A DNA stretch of 64,000 nt from an uncultured Rikenellaceae bacterium (GCA_964633195.1 CAZWFL010000003.1:69795-133794); one strand, 5' to 3'. Positions 19,475 to 29,475 are shown, counted from the first letter of the stretch. A program made the numbers and translations. The notes: a model not told the origin generated them from the sequence alone.

Positions 19475-21454
19475 TTACTTCAAGGCATTAAACAGCTCCA
19501 GTCCTTCATCGAGCCATTGCTTATATTCCCCAATATTCATATTTGTTCCCATCGGAGTGTTCAGGGAATTACCTTCGTGGTCTGTTATAACATAAAGGGG
19601 AATTGTATTGGTCCTGAACATCGATATTTCCAGATCTTCATTCACCTTCCCGATAGTTTTCTTAACCTTTCCGTCCACCGCAGATACAATCCACTCCTCC
19701 TCGGGGAGTTGGTTTCTGTCGTCAACATAGAGGGCAACTATCACGAAATTATCCCTGAGCCTTTGAAGTATTTCAGGATCGGACCATACCCTGGCTTCCA
19801 TCAACTTGCAGTTTGAACAGGCATGGCCCTTAAAATCGAGCAATACCGGTTTGCCAAGCTGGCGCGCACATTCCAGTCCCTGCTTATAGTCAAAGTATCC
19901 TGTAAGCCCGTGAGGCATGTAAAAAATATCTGCGTGACGTGGAGTTGCACAGGGAGTACCTGAGCTTAAAGGATCGGAGGCAGAGAACAGTGCGGGATTG
20001 CCCTGTCCGGGGGGTGTTGCTGAAAGGCTTACTGCAGGAGTTGATGAAGAAGGAAGAAGAGGAGCAAGCCTTTTCAACGGAGCTCCGAATAATCCTGTAA
20101 CAAGAATGACAACGAATGAGAAGACAGAAATTATGAGGAATAATCTGAAGGTCCCTATATATGGCAGGTCACTGTCGTGTGCGAATTTAATCCTGCCCAT
20201 CAGGTAAAGCCCCAGAAGGGAAAAGATAACTATCCAGATTGCCAGATAAATATCTCTCGATAGTATCCTGAGAGAGTAGACAGCATCGATGGTCATCAGG
20301 AACTTCATGCTGAATGCCAGCACTATAAAGCCAAGGACAACCTTTACCGAGTTAAGCCATCCTCCCGATTTAGGTAATTTGCCAAGGACCTGGGGGAAAA
20401 GTGCGAAAAGCGTAAAAGGCAGTGCAAACGCGAGGCCGAATCCGAACATGCCAACTGTGGGTCTCAACACATCTCCTGCGGCTGCTTCGACGAGCAGGAC
20501 TCCTATTATCGGACCTGTGCAGGAGAAAGAGACTACAACCGTTGTGAGTCCCATAAAGAAGGTTGACAACACCCCTCCTCTGTCAGCTTTTGAATCGGCG
20601 CCGGCAACCCATTTGTTTGGCAGAACTATCTCAAAAGCACCAAAGAAAGATATGGCAAACACGACGAATAAAGAGAAGAACAGGATATTGGGGATCCAGT
20701 GTGTACTGAGGGTGTTTGCAAATCCGGCTCCGGCACTGGTCAATGAGACTATTATCCCGAGAGAGGAGTAGATGAGCATTATGGAGAGTCCAAAAGCAAC
20801 TGCCTTAAAAACTGCCCTGCTCCTGTTCTCCGATCCCCTTGAGAAGAAAGCAACAGTCATTGGGATCATCGGGAAGACACACGGTGTAAGGATGCCGGCA
20901 AAACCAGCAAGCATCGAAATGATGAAAAATCTGAGCAGACCCCCTCCGGATCTTCCGGGAACCGCATCCTCTGCCTGTATAAGGGAACGACTTTCACCCG
21001 CGGCACCAATCCTGATCTCAAATTCAACATCTTTTGGAGGAGAACAGGTAAGGTTATTGCACGACATATAGTTCACCACGCCCCTTACCGTAAAAGAAGG
21101 TGAAACGGCAGTTATCTTCTGCCTGAACTCCGCGGTATTACTGAAGGTTTTTATCCTGAATCCGAATGCTTCATCAAATTTTTCAACTGATTCAGTAACT
21201 TCAAAGGGCTTGCCGTCAGGAATATACTCATTAGTGGTATCTATTACAATGGTTGTTGGTATTGGTCCCCCATCGGGCACGTCCATTGCATATATATATG
21301 ATCCCTTCTCTATCTGTGCATTCAGGACAAGCTCATACTGATTATCACTCTTTTTTTCATAACCGAATTCCCATGTAACAGGATCATATATCTGGCCGTA
21401 AGATAAGCCGGTGGCCAGTAACAATATGGCAATCGGAAAGATTTTTCTCATCAT
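19475..21454 (-). CDS. dsbD: thiol:disulfide interchange protein DsbD family
   Basis: 659 aa; N-terminal periplasmic domain, CVFPMIPMT membrane core and a C-terminal thioredoxin fold with CSNC. Confidence 0.85.
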   Translation of the reverse strand: MMRKIFPIAILLLATGLSYGQIYDPVTWEFGYEKKSDNQYELVLNAQIEKGSYIYAMDVPDGGPIPTTIVIDTTNEYIPDGKPFEVTESVEKFDEAFGFRIKTFSNTAEFRQKITAVSPSFTVRGVVNYMSCNNLTCSPPKDVEFEIRIGAAGESRSLIQAEDAVPGRSGGGLLRFFIISMLAGFAGILTPCVFPMIPMTVAFFSRGSENRSRAVFKAVAFGLSIMLIYSSLGIIVSLTSAGAGFANTLSTHWIPNILFFSLFVVFAISFFGAFEIVLPNKWVAGADSKADRGGVLSTFFMGLTTVVVSFSCTGPIIGVLLVEAAAGDVLRPTVGMFGFGLAFALPFTLFALFPQVLGKLPKSGGWLNSVKVVLGFIVLAFSMKFLMTIDAVYSLRILSRDIYLAIWIVIFSLLGLYLMGRIKFAHDSDLPYIGTFRLFLIISVFSFVVILVTGLFGAPLKRLAPLLPSSSTPAVSLSATPPGQGNPALFSASDPLSSGTPCATPRHADIFYMPHGLTGYFDYKQGLECARQLGKPVLLDFKGHACSNCKLMEARVWSDPEILQRLRDNFVIVALYVDDRNQLPEEEWIVSAVDGKVKKTIGKVNEDLEISMFRTNTIPLYVITDHEGNSLNTPMGTNMNIGEYKQWLDEGLELFNALK

Positions 21455-21543
21455 CAGCAGTGAATATTAATAAAAAATTAAAACTGTATATCCAACAACT
21501 CTTAACGAAAAACCCTGGCAAATGGTTCACTGATACAATTAAA

Positions 21544-23103
21544 TCAGGCAAGATCTATCTCATTGCCATCATGGTCGTAGAAGTGATGTTCGAGCATGTG
21601 GTATGATGCAACAGCCTGTACCTTAAGCCATACCTTGTATTTAAGGTTCCATTTCATAAAAAGGGGAAAAAATCCATGTTTGAGAAATGCTGCAACATAA
21701 GGATGCACATTAAGCAGTATATTCCGGGTCTTTATCCTGCCGAGGATAAAATCGAGGGTTCTTTCAAGTTCGTCTGTAAAGAGTATGGCAGGTCTCGTTA
21801 CTCCTGTTCCGAGGCAGGAAGGGCATTTCTCGTTGGTTACAATATTCATTTCGGGTCTCACTCTCTGCCTCGTTATCTGCATGATCCCAAATTTTGAAAG
21901 AGGGAGTATATTATGTTTGGTCCTGTCGCCGGCCATCACCTCCTTCATCCTGTCAAAGAGCTGTTGCTTGTTCTCGGCCGACTGCATATCAATAAAGTCT
22001 ATTATGATTATTCCACCCATGTCCCTGAGGCGCAGTTGCCTGGCGATCTCGGTGGCCGCTTCAATGTTTACCTGGAGGGCATTTGCTTCCTGGTTATTGC
22101 CGGTTCTGGCCCTGTTGCCGCTGTTAACGTCGATAACATGAAGTGCCTCGGTGTGTTCAATAATAAGGTATGCTCCGTGTTTGAATGAAACTGTTTTGCC
22201 GAAAAGCGCCTTTATCTGCTTGTTAATGCCGAAATGGTCGAAAATCGGCAGAGTCCCCTTGTAGATCTTGACAATCTTCTCTTTTTCGGGCGCTATCTCC
22301 CTGATATATTTTCTCACCTCTTCGGCAAGAACAGAGTCGTTAATATGAATACTGCTGAACGTAACATTCAGCATATCCCTAAGTATGGTGGATGTCCTGT
22401 TCATCTCACCAATAAAGAGCCGTGGAGTTTTTGTCTCCTTTCGGATTGAACTGAAGGCAGATTCCCACCTCCTGACCAGTTCACGCAGTTCAGCATCAAG
22501 AACAGCAACTTTTTTACCTTCGGCTACCGTTCTTACAATAATACCGTAATTCTTCGGTTTTATGCTCTGGAGAAGGGTCTTGAGCCTGTTTTTCTCCTCG
22601 GCACTCTCAATTTTTGACGAGATTGACACCTTATCTGAGAAAGGTATCAGTACGAGGTTCCTTCCGGCGAGTGAAATCTCAGATGCCAGTCTGGGCCCTT
22701 TGGTGGATATCGGTTCCTTGGTTATCTGAACGATAACCGTCTGACCGGCAGTCAATACATCTGCTATTCTGCCATCCTTGTTTATATCTTCCTCGGATTT
22801 TATTTTGTGCAACGGGGGGATCCTCCCCTGCCGCTGAACAGCCGACAGATAATACTTATGCTGTGTCCTGAACTGAGCTCCAAGGTCAAGATAATGAAGA
22901 AATGCATCGCGCTCGTATCCAACATTAATAAATGCAGCATTAAGCCCGGGCATTATTTTCTTGACCTTTCCCAGGTATATGTCCCCAACTGAGAACCTGA
23001 TGCTGCGCTTCTCCTTGTTTAACTCTGTTAACTGCTTGTCTTCCAGCAGAGCCAGGGCAACTTCCGATTCACCGACATCAATGATTAAATCCTTGCTTAT
23101 CAC
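21544..23103 (-). CDS. rng: ribonuclease E/G family (RNase G)
   Basis: 519 aa; S1 domain (GDIYLGKVKKIMPGLNAAFINVG) plus the RNase E/G catalytic core; GTG start. Confidence 0.9.
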   Translation of the reverse strand: MISKDLIIDVGESEVALALLEDKQLTELNKEKRSIRFSVGDIYLGKVKKIMPGLNAAFINVGYERDAFLHYLDLGAQFRTQHKYYLSAVQRQGRIPPLHKIKSEEDINKDGRIADVLTAGQTVIVQITKEPISTKGPRLASEISLAGRNLVLIPFSDKVSISSKIESAEEKNRLKTLLQSIKPKNYGIIVRTVAEGKKVAVLDAELRELVRRWESAFSSIRKETKTPRLFIGEMNRTSTILRDMLNVTFSSIHINDSVLAEEVRKYIREIAPEKEKIVKIYKGTLPIFDHFGINKQIKALFGKTVSFKHGAYLIIEHTEALHVIDVNSGNRARTGNNQEANALQVNIEAATEIARQLRLRDMGGIIIIDFIDMQSAENKQQLFDRMKEVMAGDRTKHNILPLSKFGIMQITRQRVRPEMNIVTNEKCPSCLGTGVTRPAILFTDELERTLDFILGRIKTRNILLNVHPYVAAFLKHGFFPLFMKWNLKYKVWLKVQAVASYHMLEHHFYDHDGNEIDLA

Positions 23104-23157
23104 CTCACCGCATTAATCTGCATTTCTTTCAATAGGCTCCCGACATGCTTATATAAC

Positions 23158-23187
23158 AAACCTAAAGATCATCAGACCTTTAGGTTT
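23158..23187 (-). terminator. 10-bp hairpin downstream of the hup/small-ORF pair
   Basis: AAACCTAAAG-10 nt-CTTTAGGTTT, 33 nt after the stop of the 29-codon ORF. Confidence 0.45.
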
Positions 23188-23220
23188 ATCTATTTTTCTT
23201 ATGACCACAAGCCGACCCTT

Positions 23221-23310
23221 CTATTTCTTCTTATGCCTGTTCTTGCGCAAACGCTTCTTGCGCTTGTGCGTGGCCATCTTATGTCTTTTTCTCTTTTTTC
23301 CGCTTGGCAT
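23221..23310 (-). CDS. 29-aa highly basic peptide (bS22-like small ribosomal-type protein?)
   Basis: Hand-translated: MPSGKKRKRHKMATHKRKKRLRKNRHKKK, then TAG. ATG start 6 nt after the hup stop; too short for the ORF track. Confidence 0.6.
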   Translation of the reverse strand: MPSGKKRKRHKMATHKRKKRLRKNRHKKK

Positions 23311-23316
23311 GGAGGA

Positions 23317-23604
23317 TTACTTCTTAACTTTTGATTTAACCTTTGTAATGAATGATTTCGCCGGTTTAAAAGCTGGAATATTATGGGCAGGAATTATTAT
23401 TGTAGTATTCTTGGAGATATTCCTGGCTGTCTTTTTAGCCCTTTTCTTTACAATGAAGCTTCCAAAACCTCTCAGGTACACGTTATTACCACCGACCATC
23501 GAGTCTTTTACAGTTTCCATGAAGGCTTCAACAGTTTTCTGTACTGTCACCTTTTCAATACCAGTGTTCTTGGCAATTTCATTTACAATGTCTGCTTTAG
23601 TCAT
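23317..23604 (-). CDS. hup: HU family DNA-binding protein
   Basis: 95 aa; MTKADIVNEIAK...LRGFGSF...ARNISKNT...IPA...PAFKP HU signature. Confidence 0.92.
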   Translation of the reverse strand: MTKADIVNEIAKNTGIEKVTVQKTVEAFMETVKDSMVGGNNVYLRGFGSFIVKKRAKKTARNISKNTTIIIPAHNIPAFKPAKSFITKVKSKVKK

Positions 23605-23661
23605 TTTCGTGAAGTTTAAAATTCAACAAATTATTTTGAGTATTCGTTTTTTTCAACTGTG

Positions 23662-23669
23662 CAAATATA
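23662..23669 (-). promoter_or_regulatory. -7 promoter box TATATTTG (hup)
   Basis: The reverse complement of caaatata is an exact TAnnTTTG match ~58 nt upstream of hup. Confidence 0.4.
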
Positions 23670-23893
23670 AAAATATTATTTATTTAAAAAGAAACACTTA
23701 CGTAATAATTTTAATAAATATTTTTTTATTAAAGCCTTAATCACAATGAAATAGAAAAATCACAATAAACCTGAATCCTTTCAGATAACCATAAACTGTA
23801 AAGATACAGATTTCTGCATGAATTTATAATACACTGAAAATATGGTTTTTCGTGTAAATATGGTATGTTGATGGTATAAAGCTGTTTTTTTGT

Positions 23894-23901
23894 TAAATTT
23901 G
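23894..23901 (+). promoter_or_regulatory. -7 promoter box TAAATTTG (ssb)
   Basis: Exact TAnnTTTG match 40 nt upstream of the ssb ATG. Confidence 0.4.
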
Positions 23902-23940
23902 CATATCTGAATGACTGGTAACATTTAATTAAATACCTCT

Positions 23941-24498
23941 ATGTCAATAAATAAAGTTATTCTTGTTGGCAATGTCGGGAAAGATCCCGTGATTCGTTAT
24001 TTTGACAGAGGCGTTGCCAAAGCAACTTTCCCTCTGGCAACAAGCGAAACATACACAAACCAGCAGGGTGAGACAATCACCACAACTGAATGGCATAACA
24101 TAGTCCTCTGGCGCTCACTGGCTGAAGTTGCCGAGAAAACGATAAAAAAAGGGACACAGGTTTATATTGTCGGAAAGATCAAGACAAGATCATATGTCGA
24201 TAAGGACGGAAACAATAAATATATTACAGAGATACTTGCTGATACTTTCCTTGTTCTTGACAGGAAGCAGACCAGCCCGGGGAGCTCCGGTTCAATAACC
24301 GGCCAGGGTGGAAAACCCGCCCGGGAGAGCGAGCAGGGATTCTCCGAAATGAATGAACCTTCTTCCTCATATAATACCAGTGAAAATTTGAATAACAGTC
24401 CCGGAACGGGTAATTCTCAGCCGGCGGATGATGATCCGGGGTCCGAAGGATCATATGATAAATTAAACGGCAAAGGCGAAGACGATCTGCCTTTTTAG
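23941..24498 (+). CDS. ssb: single-stranded DNA-binding protein
   Basis: 185 aa; OB-fold N-terminus (NKVILVGNVGKDP...TEWHNIV), a disordered tail and the terminal DDLPF. Confidence 0.93.
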   Translation: MSINKVILVGNVGKDPVIRYFDRGVAKATFPLATSETYTNQQGETITTTEWHNIVLWRSLAEVAEKTIKKGTQVYIVGKIKTRSYVDKDGNNKYITEILADTFLVLDRKQTSPGSSGSITGQGGKPARESEQGFSEMNEPSSSYNTSENLNNSPGTGNSQPADDDPGSEGSYDKLNGKGEDDLPF

Positions 24499-24549
24499 TA
24501 TTTCCAAACAGAGATTCACTTGGTACCTCAATTACCATTCCTCTATTTA

Positions 24550-25860
24550 ATGTCTCTTTCAGAGATCACTTACCATGCCCTTGATGTGAAGCTGCTAACG
24601 GGATTCGCTGTTCTGACACTGCTCCTTTTTTGCTCCGCCATGATCTCAGGATCAGAAGTTGCCTTTTTCGCACTTACACCTGAAGATATTAACAAACTAA
24701 AGATTTCAAGATCAAGACGCTCAGCTCTTGTGCTGCAACTCCTGAAACTACCCGACAGGCTCCTGAGCACAATCCTGGTCGCAAATAACGTCGTTAATGT
24801 TGCTGTAGTACTCCTTGCAGCATACCTGAGCACCAGAATGTTCAATTTCCATGATAATCCTGTACTCGTATTCATACTCAAAGTAGTGGCAATTACTTCT
24901 CTGCTGCTCTTTTTCGGCGAAATACTACCCAGGGTATATGCCACAAAAAATCACCTGCAGGTAGCTCTGTTCATGTCAAAACCATTCATAATACTCGAGA
25001 AGATATTCAGCCCGGTTGCTTCCCTGCTTATCAGTTCAGCATCAGTAGTGAAGAAGAGGGCCCTGTTCAGACATAAGAATATAAGTATGGACGTTCTCTC
25101 CGACGCTCTTGAACTTGCTTCGGAGGATAATAATGAAGATGAAAAAATCCTGAAAGGTATCGTAAACTTCGGTAATATCTACGTCAGTGAAATAAAGTGT
25201 CCCAGAATTGATGTTACTGCAATAGAGATCAAAACCAGCTTCAGCAAGATCATACCCCTGATAATTGAATCGGGCTTTTCGCGAATCCCCGTCTATTCAG
25301 GGTCATTTGATACGGTGAAAGGGATATTGTACGCCAAAGATGTTCTGCCACATACAGATAAACCCGATACTTTTAACTGGCAGTCATTGCTGAGACCTCC
25401 CTATTTCGTGCCGGAAACAAAAAAGATAAACGACCTGCTCAAGGAGTTCCAGGTTAACAAGATACATATGGCTGTTGTGATTGACGAATATGGAGGTACC
25501 TCAGGAATCATAACACTTGAAGATATCCTTGAAGAGATTGTTGGTGAAATAACCGACGAAAGTGACGAGGAAGAGAATCACTACAGGAAGATAGATGAGA
25601 ACACCTTCATTTTTGAGGGTAAAGTCCTGCTTAATGATTTCTGTAAAATTATCGGGGCTGATAATGATCCCTTTGAAGAAGCAAGAGGAGAATCGGAGAC
25701 TCTTGCAGGGTTACTGCTGGAGTTAACGGGGGAGATCCCTCAGAAAGGGAGGGTAATAAGCCATGGAAGATTCGTTTTCAGGATTGAAGCGGCAGACAAG
25801 CGAAGAATAAAGGAGATAAGAGTTGAAATAAGCGATGATGAGAATGCTCCGGAGAATTAG
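24550..25860 (+). CDS. gldE: gliding motility-associated protein GldE (DUF21-CBS-CorC family)
   Basis: DUF21 membrane domain, CBS pair and CorC_HlyC C-terminus; immediately upstream of a GldD-like lipoprotein. ATG at 24550 is preferred over TTG at 24520. Confidence 0.8.
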   Translation: MSLSEITYHALDVKLLTGFAVLTLLLFCSAMISGSEVAFFALTPEDINKLKISRSRRSALVLQLLKLPDRLLSTILVANNVVNVAVVLLAAYLSTRMFNFHDNPVLVFILKVVAITSLLLFFGEILPRVYATKNHLQVALFMSKPFIILEKIFSPVASLLISSASVVKKRALFRHKNISMDVLSDALELASEDNNEDEKILKGIVNFGNIYVSEIKCPRIDVTAIEIKTSFSKIIPLIIESGFSRIPVYSGSFDTVKGILYAKDVLPHTDKPDTFNWQSLLRPPYFVPETKKINDLLKEFQVNKIHMAVVIDEYGGTSGIITLEDILEEIVGEITDESDEEENHYRKIDENTFIFEGKVLLNDFCKIIGADNDPFEEARGESETLAGLLLELTGEIPQKGRVISHGRFVFRIEAADKRRIKEIRVEISDDENAPEN

Positions 25861-26437
25861 CATCCCGATACTGTTTTTGCTGTCATTTCTGTGCGGATGC
25901 AGGGAAGTGGCCGTTCCAAAGCCCAGGGGTCATTTCAGGATTGATCTGCCGGTACATGAATACAGGCAATATGTTGAAGAAACCTCTGCTGAAGGAAAGA
26001 TCCCTCTTACATTCGAATATCCTGCCTATGGTGAGATCTCTTACAAATCGGACAATGCTCCGGAACCGGGCTGGTTCAATATCGAATTTCCGAAATACAG
26101 GGCCAGGATATACCTTACATACAAAGCTGTTAATAACGATCTGGCAGGTCTTATAGAACAGTCATACCGCATGAACGTCAGGAACCACATTATTAAAGCC
26201 GATGCAATAAACGAACAGATCATAACCGACTATGAGAGAAATATATATGGAATCTTATATGACCTCAGGGGTAATACTGCAACCTCGGTACAATTTTTTG
26301 TGACCGACAGCAATAATCATTTCCTGAGAGGATCGCTCTATTTTGATGCGGAACCTCACGCCGATTCCCTTGCACCCGTCACGGAGTTCTTCAGGGAAGA
26401 TATTATTCATCTGATTGAGACCCTGAGATGGAAATAA
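25835..26437 (+). CDS. gldD: gliding motility lipoprotein GldD
   Basis: 200 aa; lipobox LSFLCGC, with FRIDLP...FEYPAYG...IYLTYK strings as in GldD; 26-nt overlap with gldE. Confidence 0.7.
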   Translation: MMRMLRRISIPILFLLSFLCGCREVAVPKPRGHFRIDLPVHEYRQYVEETSAEGKIPLTFEYPAYGEISYKSDNAPEPGWFNIEFPKYRARIYLTYKAVNNDLAGLIEQSYRMNVRNHIIKADAINEQIITDYERNIYGILYDLRGNTATSVQFFVTDSNNHFLRGSLYFDAEPHADSLAPVTEFFREDIIHLIETLRWK

Positions 26438-26455
26438 CTTAACTTTGACAAGCTT

Positions 26456-27106
26456 ATGGGGTGTATCACAAAACATTATCTTAACGAAAATTCATTACTT
26501 GGGGTATGGAAGATAGAGGAGGATCTGGATACTCTTCTTCAAATGGTTGAAATGGATGCCGAAGATAAAAAAAGATACAGGGTTTTTGCCAGTACATCGC
26601 GTAAACTTGAGTTTCTCAGTGTTCGTGCATTGCTCCAGGAACTGATTGGCAGAAATGCAAGAATCGTTTATAACAAGAATAACAAGCCCTTCCTCAAAGA
26701 TGGTTCAAGATTCCTGAGCATAACCCATTCAAATAAGCTAACAGCCATCCTCCTCAGCACTAACGAAAAGGTTGGGATCGACCTGGAATACATGAGGGCA
26801 AATATCAACTCAATAGCCTTCAAATTCATCAACCGAAAGGAAAAGATAACCAGCAGGGAACCGGAAACCAGAAAATATCAGTTGTATCTGCACTGGTGCG
26901 CCAAAGAAGCTCTTTACAAAATATGTGACAAGGAAGGGATCAGCATCAGAAGGAATATTACCATCGAACCGTTTGAGGTGAAAGATTCGGGTGAAATAAA
27001 AGGATTTGTTCATACAAAGAAGATAAATGATTCTTTCGACCTGTTCTATACAAGATATGATAATTATGCCATAGTATGGACAAAGAAGAATTATGATAAA
27101 GAGTGA
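26456..27106 (+). CDS. 4'-phosphopantetheinyl transferase (Sfp-type)
   Basis: 216 aa; GIDLE and WCAKEALYK PPTase motifs. Confidence 0.8.
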   Translation: MGCITKHYLNENSLLGVWKIEEDLDTLLQMVEMDAEDKKRYRVFASTSRKLEFLSVRALLQELIGRNARIVYNKNNKPFLKDGSRFLSITHSNKLTAILLSTNEKVGIDLEYMRANINSIAFKFINRKEKITSREPETRKYQLYLHWCAKEALYKICDKEGISIRRNITIEPFEVKDSGEIKGFVHTKKINDSFDLFYTRYDNYAIVWTKKNYDKE

Positions 27107-27827
27107 CTTCCCAAAGAAAAAGAGTATAGGTCTTCTGCTCGATCCGGATAAGATCACAGATGAATCGCTCCGCGTTATTCTGCTTGTTGCCGCAGAATGC
27201 AGGGCCGACTATATTCTTGCCGGAGGGAGCATTACCTTCAACAGCATCGATCATCTGATCGGCCTGGTGAAAGGGTCGTGTTCAATACCGGTGATTCTGT
27301 TCCCCGGAAATCTGCTACAGCTAAGCCTGAAAGCTGACGCCATCCTCCTTCTTTCGCTCATCTCAGGACGCAACTCCGAACTTCTTATCGGCAACCACGT
27401 CATTGCCGCTCCATATCTGAGAAGCGTTAAGGAGAGACTCATATCAGTCGGTTATATCCTTATCGGATGCGGCACAAAAACATCTGTGGAGTATATCAGC
27501 CAGACCGAAGCTATTCCTGCCGACAAGAACGATATCGTTGTGGCCACTGCCCTTGCGGGTGAGATGCTGGGGCTTAACATGATCTACCTTGAGGCAGGCA
27601 GCGGTTCGGTTACTCCCGTTCCTGCCGGAATGATAGAAGCAGTGAGGGAAAACGTGGAAATCCCGATAGCTGTTGGTGGAGGCTTAAAGAAGGGATTGGA
27701 CATCAGAAACGCCTTTGAAGCAGGAGCTGATCTCATTATACTCGGCAACGGCTGTGAAAAGAATCCCGACCTCCTGGCAGAAGCGTGCAGAATTAGAGAC
27801 TCTCTCAGAGGTCAATCCTCTACCTGA
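27093..27827 (+). CDS. geranylgeranylglyceryl/heptaprenylglyceryl phosphate synthase family (PcrB/GGGPS)
   Basis: 244 aa; TIM-barrel GGGPS-like sequence with YLEAGSG and IAVGGGLKKG phosphate-binding strings; overlaps the PPTase gene by 14 nt. Confidence 0.8.
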   Translation: MIKSDFPKKKSIGLLLDPDKITDESLRVILLVAAECRADYILAGGSITFNSIDHLIGLVKGSCSIPVILFPGNLLQLSLKADAILLLSLISGRNSELLIGNHVIAAPYLRSVKERLISVGYILIGCGTKTSVEYISQTEAIPADKNDIVVATALAGEMLGLNMIYLEAGSGSVTPVPAGMIEAVRENVEIPIAVGGGLKKGLDIRNAFEAGADLIILGNGCEKNPDLLAEACRIRDSLRGQSST

Positions 27828-29475
27828 AAAGTTCGAAGAGCGGCTCTCCGGAACAGGCATTGGGATTGGGAACCCTGCAGAGCGACGACAGAGTCGCCGC
27901 AATATCAGTCATGTTGACCCTCCTTGTCACGGTAGCCCTGTTAACGGTCCATCCGTACCAGATAAGCGGAACATGGGAATCATATTCATACGGGGAGTTG
28001 TGATTGGTAACATCATCCCCCTCTTTTTCTATCCAGCCGGGATTGAGGATTATTATCACATCACCCGATCGCTGCGGACTGAAATTATTTATTATCCGAC
28101 GCAGATTACCGTTGCTGAAATCATTTGCCTCAAAAGCAGAATAGGGATATGCAGAGTTGACACCCGAAAATTGTACCATAAATCGTGCAACCCTCCTCTG
28201 AATATCCTCAAGAGGAATCTTCGCATCTTCTATCAGAATCCTGTTAAGGAAGATCTGCTTTTCTGAATACCCTTTAACCCAGTTACCTTCACCATAAACG
28301 GCATTGAGGTAACTTCTCAGCAGCTGAAGCGCCTGATTCTGCCTGAAATAACCTGATGGTATCCTGTTGCTTTCAAGAACTGTCGGTGTTTCGGAAATCC
28401 CGTGCGCAGCCGTCAGGTAAACAAGGACATTCCGCTTACCGATATTTTCATTGAGATAGTTTAGCAGTAGTTCTATCTGATGGTCAAGCCTCAGTATGGC
28501 ATCCGCCATCTCGACCGACGAGGGGCCGAACCTGTGACCGATATATTCGGTCGACGAGTAGCAGATAGAGAGGTAGTCGGGCGTATCGTCCCTTCCGAGT
28601 CCTTCCTTATCAATCAGCTTAATGGCAAAATCGGTGGTGTAGGAATCTGCAAAAGGAGTTTCCCGCAACAGCGAGTAATCTATTCTCGACCCTCTGGTTT
28701 TCCCCGAGCTTATCTTCTTCAGGTCGTACGGGAAATAGTTCTGTCCCGAAAAACCTGCCTCATGAATGTTTGTATCAGGCAGACAGTCGGCATAGTAACT
28801 CCCGGGCCGGTAAAGAAGCCATGATGAGTTGAGATATGTTTCTGCACCCTTCATCCCGTTGAACTCTTCCGCCCAGAAAGGAAGGTTATTCATATAATAA
28901 GTGCACGACATCCATGTGCCCGTTGTATTGTCGTACCAGAAAGCACCGTCGGCAGAGTGTCCTGCAGCCAGAATCGAAGCGTACTCCTTCATACCTATCG
29001 CAAATACTTTTGACTTTCCTTTTGATGCCATCCTCAGTTCATCAGAGAATGTTGAAGCCATAAGATTGACCGGTGAATGGAGCCCCGCCTCAAAACTTCC
29101 TCCTACAGGATTTACCGATATATCCTTCGTGCAGAAGATAAGTTCATTCTTCAACGGCACATACCAGTTATCCGAGGTGATACCATGAAATGCAGGTTCA
29201 GTACCGGTAGATATGGTCGCAAAACCCGGTGCACCCTGTGTAAGTATATACTGAAAAGAGGCGTTCCTGAAATAAGTGCCTTCATTGATAAGCCTCTTAA
29301 TACCATTGTCCGAGAGCCTGTCCCTGAATTTTTCAAGCAGATCGTACCTGAACTGTTCAACAACTATCCCGATAACCAGCCTGGGTTTGTCAGGAGGCAG
29401 GTAAGCACCCTGACCTGCCAGCCTTAATGCCATACAAAGTGCAAATACAATTGTAAAATATCCCTTTTTTATCAT
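27820..29475 (-). CDS. alkaline phosphatase superfamily protein (nucleotide pyrophosphatase/phosphodiesterase-like)
   Basis: 551 aa; signal peptide and AP-superfamily core strings (YLTAAHG, NHNSPYEYDSHVPL). Confidence 0.78.
   Translation of the reverse strand: MIKKGYFTIVFALCMALRLAGQGAYLPPDKPRLVIGIVVEQFRYDLLEKFRDRLSDNGIKRLINEGTYFRNASFQYILTQGAPGFATISTGTEPAFHGITSDNWYVPLKNELIFCTKDISVNPVGGSFEAGLHSPVNLMASTFSDELRMASKGKSKVFAIGMKEYASILAAGHSADGAFWYDNTTGTWMSCTYYMNNLPFWAEEFNGMKGAETYLNSSWLLYRPGSYYADCLPDTNIHEAGFSGQNYFPYDLKKISSGKTRGSRIDYSLLRETPFADSYTTDFAIKLIDKEGLGRDDTPDYLSICYSSTEYIGHRFGPSSVEMADAILRLDHQIELLLNYLNENIGKRNVLVYLTAAHGISETPTVLESNRIPSGYFRQNQALQLLRSYLNAVYGEGNWVKGYSEKQIFLNRILIEDAKIPLEDIQRRVARFMVQFSGVNSAYPYSAFEANDFSNGNLRRIINNFSPQRSGDVIIILNPGWIEKEGDDVTNHNSPYEYDSHVPLIWYGWTVNRATVTRRVNMTDIAATLSSLCRVPNPNACSGEPLFELFR

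Noticed and set aside
23201-23740. 179-aa + strand ORF across the hup locus
   Set aside because: It is antisense to both hup and the 29-codon basic ORF, is Phe/Leu-rich from reading an AT-rich complement, and extends into the AT-rich promoter spacer.
27715-28266. 183-aa + strand ORF overlapping the GGGPS 3' end and the phosphatase-family gene
   Set aside because: It is antisense to a well-supported 551-aa gene and has no motifs.
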